Shown piece by piece: positions 55,494 to 64,000 of a stretch of 64,000 bases of DNA (positions within the stretch are counted from its first letter, which is position 1; each line of letters begins with the position of its first letter). The position numbers were made by a program, and so were the translations under genes. Origin of the DNA: Octopus bimaculoides. Its lineage: Eukaryota. The notes beneath the pieces are model-generated. The model was given only the letters and a program-made list of their open reading frames with translations, did not search any database and had not been told where the DNA came from. The DNA lies in the NCBI RefSeq assembly GCF_001194135.2, contig NC_068992.1:1193735-1257734 (forward strand), written 5' to 3'.

Positions 55494-55732
55494 TTTTTTT
55501 ATTTCTTTATTGCCCACAAGGGGCTAAACGTAGAGGGGACAAACAAGGACAGAAAACTGGATTAAGTCGATTACATCGATCCTAGTGCGTAGCTGGTACT
55601 TAATTTATCGACTCCGAAAGGATGAAAGGCAAAGTCAACCTCGGCGGAATTTGAACTCAGAACGTAGCAGCAGACGAAATACCGCTAAGCATTTCGCCCG
55701 GCCTGCTAACGTTTCTGCCAGCTCGCCGCCTT
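55494..55732 (-). mobile_element. Full-length tRNA-derived SINE with a conserved central domain (Meta-type by recall) and A-rich tail
   Basis: Minus strand: aaggcggcgagctggcagaaacgttag head, B-box-like gagttcaaattcc, central gttgactttgcctttcatcctttcggagtcgataaattaagtaccag, and tail cccttgtgggcaataaagaaataaaaaaa. Confidence 0.92.
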
Positions 55733-56102
55733 GTAAGGAGTACAATCAGTAAAGCAATGAGGAATTATGTAAAACTATACAAGGGATAGGTTTAAGAATA
55801 CTGCGCTAGAGCTAAATTTTGCTGAGTGATAAAGAGAAAAAATGTAAAATGCGATGAATAAAAAATTACTTATTTGAAGAAGAACATATATACACACACA
55901 ATCACACAACTGAAGTATAAAGAGGCATACCATTTTATACATATATCATTTGGTAAAGGAAAGGGGATATAGGAAAAAGGAAAGACAAATTTGCCAGACA
56001 GGAAGACATACTAACAGCAACGGACGAAATGTGAGCATTACTTGGTAATTATGTTCATATCATAGGTAACTATGTAAAAAAATAAATGAACGTTTATGTA
56101 TG

Positions 56103-56150
<48 letters not shown>

Positions 56151-56496
56151 TCTTCGTGTGTGTGTTTATCTTTGTGTGTGTGTCTATATATGTATGTGTG
56201 TGTGAATGTTTTTGTGCGTGTGTTAGAATGAGAGCGTGAATGTGAGTGAGGGTACATATTCATGTACGTAGGCACTATTGCTCTTGAATTGGATTTACAA
56301 AGATTGAGTAGGAAAGAATTACCATAATGTCTGAATAAAAGTGTTATTTAATCTGTTAGATAAAATGAGAGAGTTGAGAGAGCAGAGAAAGAGCAAGGGA
56401 GATAACTTTACTAGTATTGAAACAGAAATACAGAGATAACAATAAACGTGTGACAAGGAAGGAAAAAAAGTGTGAGAGAAGAAAAGGGTAGACTGT

Positions 56497-56535
<39 letters not shown>

Positions 56536-58496
56536 AAGAATGAAAGAGAGAGATAATGATAGAAAGAGTGAAAATAAAGTGACAGATGTATCGAGAAGAA
56601 CCTCAGTAAGAATGATAATGCAATATAAATTATTACTTCTGGACAATTTTAAAATGTAGTAAATGGTTAGCTTATCCTGTAAGTGTACACTGTTTGAAAG
56701 ACGGATATGACACAATAACACCGAAAGGACATCTAGAATTCTAGGTTCTCTTGTGTAGTTAATAATCAGAACGTATCAAATTTATGATGTTAGTATTGAC
56801 GTTCATGTGGATAGGCATTGAACAGTGCTGAACCTTCAGCTTTTCCTTTCTACTAAAATCTTGATTTGTCCAAGGCAGCATTATCTAATGTATCCAAAAT
56901 TATACTTCATACAATATATGGTAGGGTGTCTAGCATAGCAAATGAAGATTTAGAGTAGCGGTTCTCAAACATACGTTGTTTATGTATCCCTTTCATTCAG
57001 ATTTTAATCTCCTGGATGCATAGCCATTCGCTGTGTTCATGAAAAAAATAATCTTACTGTATTTTCATAATTAAACAATAGCAGGAATTTAAAAAAAATA
57101 AATATTGTGTATTCTCGAAACAATATAAACTTATTGGACGTAAAGTTTAGCAAAAAAAGAATGATAATAATAAATAAATCGGGTGTGAACTTCCCAAGGA
57201 CCATATGTCTTCGACTGGTTTCTACTGGTCTTTAGATCCAGTGCAGTCAAAATGATGCAGACATATAGCCATATGTATACCAACAATCACCATTCAACAT
57301 TTTATTAAAACGTAGTGTATTTTGGTCTCTATGAAACAAGGGGCAATTTTGAATAATGCTATTAAGAGTACTTTGAAGAAAATTAAGTGCTGCTTTCTTA
57401 CAGAACGTGTGACATTTTTTAGTGTTGTTTAATCTTAGGATACCCATTAAACACACTACTACCCATAATTATTACGTGCTACATTTTAGCGTGTCATATA
57501 TCTAAAATTACATCTACGCACGACATATAATACTTCTAAGACGGTAGGCTTTGATTTATGACAAACATGACTGCAATTTATACATAGCTTAGCGTGAGTG
57601 CTCTTGCAGTTACATAATGTGATACGCAAGAGATATTATAAGTGAATATCAACATATTAACCACTATTAACTTAAAATAGGACGGAAACTCTACCGGATG
57701 CAAGAATCAACGGTTTATTTATAAAGTGAGAAGTTGCAAAATTTACGAAAACACTTTGTCAATTTTATAGCCCGCTAATTAACAAACATCGTTATTTTCA
57801 ACTGTAAAGCCCAAACATTTTGCCACCAGATGTTGCAACTACCAGGCACTTAGTAAATCGGAATTGTGCTCTCTAAAAGCATACTCATACGTTCGATGTT
57901 TTAAAATAATTAGTCTCTTAATTCTGTGAATCCACATCAATTTCCCTTTTTTAGTGACAGTTAGAATATACATGTAATACTCCGTTAGATATACTTAATT
58001 CAAAACCGTTTATAAACAGACAACATGATTTGATATGAAATATTAAATATGATAGCAAAGAGTATCATGTTCGTAGTAATTGCTGATGATAAAAACAAAG
58101 TAGATACACAACTTGGGGTAATTAATATGGAATATAAAGATTAATATGGAATATATATTCATATATACAAGATTAGTATGGAATATATATTCATTTCAAT
58201 TTTCGACGGGAATGAATTTATAGAATACATTGATGTCTACACTTTGGACCAGCGATTGTCGAAATCGAGGCAAAACAGAAAATTCTTTTAAATGAGAGTT
58301 TATAGGAATATTGCAACTTAGTCGTGTCTGTTATGTTACCGGTTCTGCCAAACATCGTCATTAGAGTGTATATGTATGTTGCTACACATAGAGGAATACG
58401 TGTATTCTAAGGGCCCAATGTACGAAAACGATTCCCGGAATTATATAATGGACAAAACCTAATAATTTCGTGATATACATATATATATAGTGAAGT

Positions 58497-58674
58497 ATAT
58501 TTGCCACTTAAATGTGGCTGACCCCGAGGGGTGGATGTTACTGTTGCTTTTAGCCCCAGGAGGACATCTCCTCCAGCTGGCTATCGACACACATCTGGAG
58601 GAGATGTCCTCCTGGGGCTAAAAGCAACAGTAACATCCATCCCTCGGGGTCAGCCACATTTAAGTGGCAAATAT
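58497..58674. mobile_element. Near-perfect foldback (80-bp arms, 79/80 identical, 18-nt spacer); MITE-like
   Basis: 58497-58576 is the reverse complement of 58595-58674 except G58531:T58640. The ends are AT/TA dinucleotides, and the right arm runs into a gap. Confidence 0.85.
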
Positions 58675-59078
58675 NNNNNNNNNNNNNNNNNNNNNNNNNN
58701 NNNNNNNNNNNNNNNNNNNNNNNNNNNNNNNNNNNNNNNNNNNNNNNNNNNNNNNNNNNNNNNNNNNNNNNNNNNNNNNNNNNNNNNNNNNNNNNNNNNN
58801 NNNNNNNNNNNNNNNNNNNNNNNNNNNNNNNNNNNNNNNNNNNNNNNNNNNNNNNNNNNNNNNNNNNNNNNNNNNNNNNNNNNNNNNNNNNNNNNNNNNN
58901 NNNNNNNNNNNNNNNNNNNNNNNNNNNNNNNNNNNNNNNNNNNNNNNNNNNNNNNNNNNNNNNNNNNNNNNNNNNNNNNNNNNNNNNNNNNNNNNNNNNN
59001 NNNNNNNNNNNNNNNNNNNNNNNNNNNNNNNNNNNNNNNNNNNNNNNNNNNNNNNNNNNNNNNNNNNNNNNNNNNNNN
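58675..59078. other. Assembly gap
   Basis: N run. Confidence 0.99.
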
Positions 59079-59130
<52 letters not shown>

Positions 59131-59136
<6 letters not shown>

Positions 59137-59329
59137 TGTGCGTGTTTGTTTACCCAACATTGCTAGACAACCGATGCGGGTGTATTTACGTCCATGTAAC
59201 TTAGTGGTTCAGCTTAAGAGACCGATAGAATAAGTTCTAGGCTTACAAATAATTAGTCCTGGGATCGATTTGCTCGACTGAAGGCGGTGCTCCAGCATGG
59301 CAGCAGTCAAATGACTGAAACAAGTAAAA
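59131..59329 (+). mobile_element. 3' half of the SINE family at 8089-8500; the head may lie in the gap
   Basis: agacaaccgatgcgggtg..taacttagtggttcag..agagaccgatagaataag..ggcggtgctccagcatggcagcagtcaaatgactgaaacaagtaaaa. Confidence 0.9.
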
Positions 59330-59511
59330 TAATAATATAATAGAGAGATAGAGTGATAGATAGATAGATGGATAGATAGATAGATACATACATATATGCT
59401 GTCATACATATATACATTCACGCAAGTAAGGCCATGATCTAGTCGTATTTTGGTATGTTTCAATCTATAATTATTTTACAATCTCTTCAGTTTTATAACA
59501 TTTCTTTCTCC

Positions 59512-59557
59512 GCCCTCACTCATGTGCTGGCCCTCACTCATGTGCTGGCCCTCACTC
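59512..59557 (+). repeat. 18-bp tandem repeat gccctcactcatgtgctg, about 2.5 copies
   Basis: Read directly. Confidence 0.9.
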
Positions 59558-60984
59558 TCTCCTCTTTCCCCTTCCCTATCACTTAGGTGCATTTACCTTT
59601 GTTGATAGATTCAATTTCGCTGTTTATATACTTTTTGTTTGACCTTCTTTTTGGTTGTCCGACTTCGTTTTTCCTTCCTTTCAACATCCCTTGCGCTCTG
59701 TCTTTAATTACAATCTTGCCTTGTTTGCTTCTCTTTTCCTGTTTCTCTCCCTTCCTTAAATTTTCCTTTTTTCTCCTCTTTTGTCCATTTGTCTTTTCTT
59801 TCTCTTTTTGCATCTCCCCAACTCTCTTGATTCTTAGACCCAATTAAAATTTCCCTACTAATTGCTTTCCTTCTACGTTGATCTGAAAATACTTATGGAA
59901 TGCCTGACCATCTACCCAACTCAAGAGATTTGTTTCCTGCAACGTAATGCAATTTAACGTTTTCTGATGATCCGTTGTATGTAAGCATCCAGCTGCACTT
60001 GAAACACACAAATGTACATGCACACACTCGTATATATATATATATGATTATGCGTGTGTATGTGCGTATATACGTTTATACATACATATATACATATATA
60101 CAAACATATATACAGGTATCTTTTAGGCTTTCCTATACTTCCGATTGTAATATGTTGTTAAATCTTTCCGCATGGTATACATAGATAGCTAAACCATTTG
60201 ATCTACCTCGGTCTTGCATCTCTGTTATCTCGCTTTTCCTAACACTGTGTTCTCTTTGCAGCATTTTCCTTCATCTACCCATAACCATATGCACAATCCT
60301 TAGATCTTCAGATAGCAAATCCCGACTTCACATCTCCGATCTCCTCTTATCCATCTATCACGGGCGGGTACTATAGACGCTTTGCTACTGATAGTGGAAT
60401 GTGTGTAATCTCTTGTTTTTCCTGTGGAATGAATATTGATCTTTACTATTATTATTCATTATTATTTTAGTTTTTATGCCTTTTATTCTTACTATAATTG
60501 CTATAATTATGTTTTTTATTATTTCATAATTTGATAAGTTTAACCACTTCATATTGTGATATCACACTCGTTGGTACGTTTGTTATCATAACTATTGTCA
60601 TTATTTTTGTCACCGTTATTGCTGTTATTATCATTGTTGTTATTATTATCACAATTATTATTGTAATAGTATATCGATGTTACAGCCGCAGACGTGTGAA
60701 TCTATTTATCTATGTGCGTATAAATGTGCGTATGTGCATGTGTGTATTGATATTTATAAAACCTTATATTTATATATTTTCATGTCTATAACACAGATTC
60801 ATTTGCATACAGTCAGTCTTCATTCGTTCGATTTTGGTTTTAGATTTCTGGGTCTGAAAACTAATCTTCTCTATTTATAAAAGATATATTTTTTAATGTA
60901 TTTCCGGACATTATGTTTTCATGTCTTATAGTTTTGTTATCCTTATCACAATCATTATTTGTTGTTATTTTTGTTGTTATTCTT

Positions 60985-61297
60985 TATTATATCATGAAAA
61001 CTCACAGTTTATTTTACTGAGAATGATGGAAAGCGTCAGCTGTCCACAGCCAGCAGACTAAAGTGATACTTGCTTACAGCTCATGCTTCAAGACCCCGCG
61101 ACGAATTCTTGCAGTTCCAAGCAATGCTGATTTTTTTAGATATTCTACCTTTACACTTGTATCAATCTTTTTCAGCAATGGTGGTAGTTGAGTGCTGATA
61201 CTTCCACGTGCGCCAGTTACTATTGTCGCCACATGTACTCTCATCATTCACAACAGCTTTGGTATTTCCCTCTTCAAGTCGTCATAGTTGTTTATTC
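60985..61297 (-). mobile_element. R4/Dong-clade non-LTR 3' fragment B
   Basis: 61295 to 61074 is 74 codons with no frameshift: INNYDDLKREIPKLL*MMRVHVATIVTGARGSISTQLPPLLKKIDTSVKVEYLKKSALLGTARIRRGVLKHEL*. This matches the R4 RLE C-terminus KY-DL--EI--LW..V-PIV-GALG..LQK-ALLGTARI. A short 3' UTR ends in a degenerate TAA/CAA-rich tail. Confidence 0.85.
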
Positions 61298-62060
61298 TAT
61301 TATTATATTCTTTTTATCACAAGTTTTGTTGATAAACCTGGTGTCTTGCTTGCGTAGTGGTCTTGCTACCTGCAGCCTACTATCTGTTCTTTTCAACTAT
61401 CTAATGTCTTCTAATTATTCTAGCCGTGTCAAGGAGGCAAGCCTTTTGTAACAGTTCTGTTGGGTACACAATGTATTCTAATTTCGTTTTGTATTACTTT
61501 TTATGCATTCGGATAATGTCCAGAAGTACCCAACAATAATTAGCACTATATTCAACATTTTCATTTTCCATAGCCGGGCTATTTCGTACTCAAGAGGTTT
61601 GTATTTATCTATTTTTTCGCCTTCTTTCTTGAATATTCGTGGGTCAAATGGGGCACACAAAATCAACTATATAGCACATGTGGTGCATCTTGTGGACCAC
61701 CCCAAGGTCTGATCTGTTTGGATTGGGAATTCTCAGAGGATTCTGCTAGTCCCTGACTCCGCCACGCATTGTGGTTTGTGCTCATACCATGTCTTGCACC
61801 TCTCTAGTCGTCACTTTTAGCCCAGTTTTCAGTGTAGCACTTTCGCTACCTGATCGTGTCGCTCCAATTTGTAGTGCTTTTGGGCAAGTGTTCGCATCCA
61901 AACAATCCTCTTCTCCCTCTTTTTCTTGGTACATACAGTCTGTCTTTGTCCCTTTTTGGGTAGAGCATCCCATATCTAGTCAGCAGCGTCCTTGTCTTCT
62001 GTCTCAGCTGTTTAGTTCGTCTACTGTCCATGCGATTACTCCCGCTCCATATTTAAGTAT
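61298..62060 (-). mobile_element. R4/Dong-clade non-LTR 3' fragment A, internally deleted
   Basis: LKYGAGVIAWT and KTRTLLTRYGMLYPKRDKDRLYVPRKRGRRGL (late RT region) are joined at about 61890 to LAQKHYKLERHDQVAKVLH..WYEHKPQCVAE..IL*EFPIQTD, then CPFDPRIFKKEGEKIDKYKPLEYEIARLWKM, then ELLQKACLLDTARIIRR* (stop 61401-61403). The CCHC knuckle is absent. Confidence 0.88.
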
Positions 62061-63129
62061 ATATCTTCGGTAAATCAGGCTGGATTGGAACGGGCGACGT
62101 CAAATGATTTATAAAACAATTTACAGAAAGTTCTAAAAATACTGAATTCACTGAAAATTGAATTTTAAAATAATTTAAAGGAAAACATGAAAAGTGGCTG
62201 TAAAATCATTTATTTACAGTTCAAAAAGAAAGTTTATCCGAGAAAAATATTGTAATATAGTTTTGTTTTTTATTATGCTAAATCTCAATAATTATTTTAG
62301 ACGAAGAAAACGGTAATTTTAAAATGAGTTTTTAGAAATAAGATTGGAAGTACTCATAAAAATCATCTATTGACAAGTTTAAAATAGAGTTTATTACGGA
62401 AACGTAACATATTTTTCTTCCGTATGTCAAAACAGCAAAAATAAAGGAAATACGGTGAACATATTTATTTACAGATTATTAATAATAAAAGTGTATTGTA
62501 AGGAAGACATGATGGAAAAAAAATGGCTTATTTATCAAATACTTCTCTAAATTCTGTCATTATTAAATTTTTTTTTCTCTTCTTTAATACAAGCAAATAT
62601 ACAAAATCGATAAAAGTTTAAATTTTGATACACTCGTTAACTTAATTCTTTCCCTTTCCATTTACTCTTCCAGATATTAACATATTCAGCATTATAGTCG
62701 TTTGATTTGCTTATGTTTATAGGGGGGAAAAAAGAAGAAATCTCTTCCACAATGGAGATGATTTTAAGAACGGAAATATTAAATTGATATACCATATCAG
62801 TTTCCGCTAAAGTATTCCTATTACTTTGAATTTAAGCTCCAAAATGCATTACAACCATTTTATATTTTCTACAGCATTTTCTCGTTAATATATTTCGACA
62901 TTTGGTATTCCGACACTTTTCTTACTTATTTAACTTCTGCCATCTCACTTTGTCTTTCACGCCTCCGGTGTTATGATAGCTGTAGATACATATACACATG
63001 TATATACACACAATCACAAACTCAAACACAAACATACACATGCACACACACACAAACAACCACACACGCTCATACACACAAATTCACACGCACACCTACA
63101 CACACATCAGCTTGAAGAGTGAAAATCTT

Positions 63130-63750
63130 ATCCAAATTTGTTTTGATGACTCATCAACACCTTCTTTGGGATCTGAGCTCATTGTAATATTCATGTTTGG
63201 TTGACGATTAGGATCGTTATCAGCAAAAACATGACGAGCTTCCTCTACATGTACCAATCGTTTGAACATAATTTTTGCAGTAAATTTAAGCAGTGTAAGT
63301 GGAACTTCTGTTGTCTAAACTTCTGCTATCTCTATCTCTGGGACTCTAACATCATCCTCTATCACGTTTTCAAATCCTATATCCCGTGCAGGAGTCAAAA
63401 TATCTCTCTAAATTCGATGTAGACTTTCTGTTTGAGGAAAACTTATAATGTCACGGTTAGAGTCTCGCCATGTACCTTTCGAAGTACTATTAAAATGTAA
63501 AAGTTTCACAGCATCCATTGTGTTGAAATTGTTTCCCAGATATCTCTAACTGTAAATCTTTCCTCGCTGTCAACTGCTTTCAAACAATTCACTACTATCT
63601 CAATATTGTAAGTCATATTTGATACTCTGTTAGGAGATTCATTGCATCGAGAGGAAGGACGACAGGACGTGGTTCGAACCTTTACTATCCCGGTTTGGAC
63701 GATCAAGCTGAAGGTGCAACAAACATTGAGAAAAGTATAGACATTAATTT
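63130..63750 (-). pseudogene. Decayed mariner transposase (HTH to early DD34D region)
   Basis: SCRPSS..NIEIVVNCLKAVDSEERFTVRDIWETIS (ORF 63506-63706) resembles mariner SGRP..ENI..V..DRR.T.REI..IS. Weaker downstream matches (RKV, NVIEDD..PE, KIM, EYYNEL). Confidence 0.45.
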
Positions 63751-63963
63751 CCTTCTATAATAAATTGTCAAGCTAAATAACATAACTGTTGCTTCTGAAA
63801 CAAAAATATCATACTATTGTTGTGAGAAAGAATCACTTAGATGATTATATTAAATCCATTTTACACATTTTACACATTTAAACAATCATCATTACTTTCC
63901 GGCTCTTTTTTTCTCTTTCTGCATACATGTACACATACATACATGCATACATACCATCATACG

Positions 63964-64000
<37 letters not shown>

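Noticed and set aside
56955-56975. tagcggttctcaaac resembling a hAT/Charlie TIR
   Set aside because: No matching opposite end or 8-bp TSD found.
59583-59847. Lys/Glu-rich and Phe/Leu-rich overlapping ORFs
   Set aside because: They result from a purine/pyrimidine-skewed low-complexity tract.

Overview
AT-rich, microsatellite-dense eukaryotic DNA with seven N-gaps, each flanked by (TA)n or (CA)n/(TG)n runs. The repeat types (tRNA-headed SINEs, compound TA/CA/TATC/TAA microsatellites) point to an Octopus-like cephalopod short-read assembly (inference). I cannot support any intact protein-coding gene, rRNA, true tRNA or CRISPR array, and most ORF-track entries are microsatellite or gap artefacts. 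The window reads as intergenic or intronic DNA full of transposon relics. These include: three R4/Dong-type (restriction-like endonuclease, RLE) non-LTR 3' ends, one apparently an internally deleted in-frame fusion and two lying head-to-tail; a 514-bp non-coding element embedded in (TAA)n; a HERO-type RLE retrotransposon end; RTE and CR1/L2-type LINE relics; Penelope-like relics with hammerhead-like motifs; pogo/Tigger and mariner transposase pseudogenes; three SINE families; and two long near-perfect palindromes. The most interesting observations are the (TAA)n-associated R4-type elements, a hammerhead-like motif with a UCGANGA core seen twice, a 17-nt tail shared by a SINE and a LINE, and an 80-bp foldback. 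All family assignments come from recalled motifs, not database searches.
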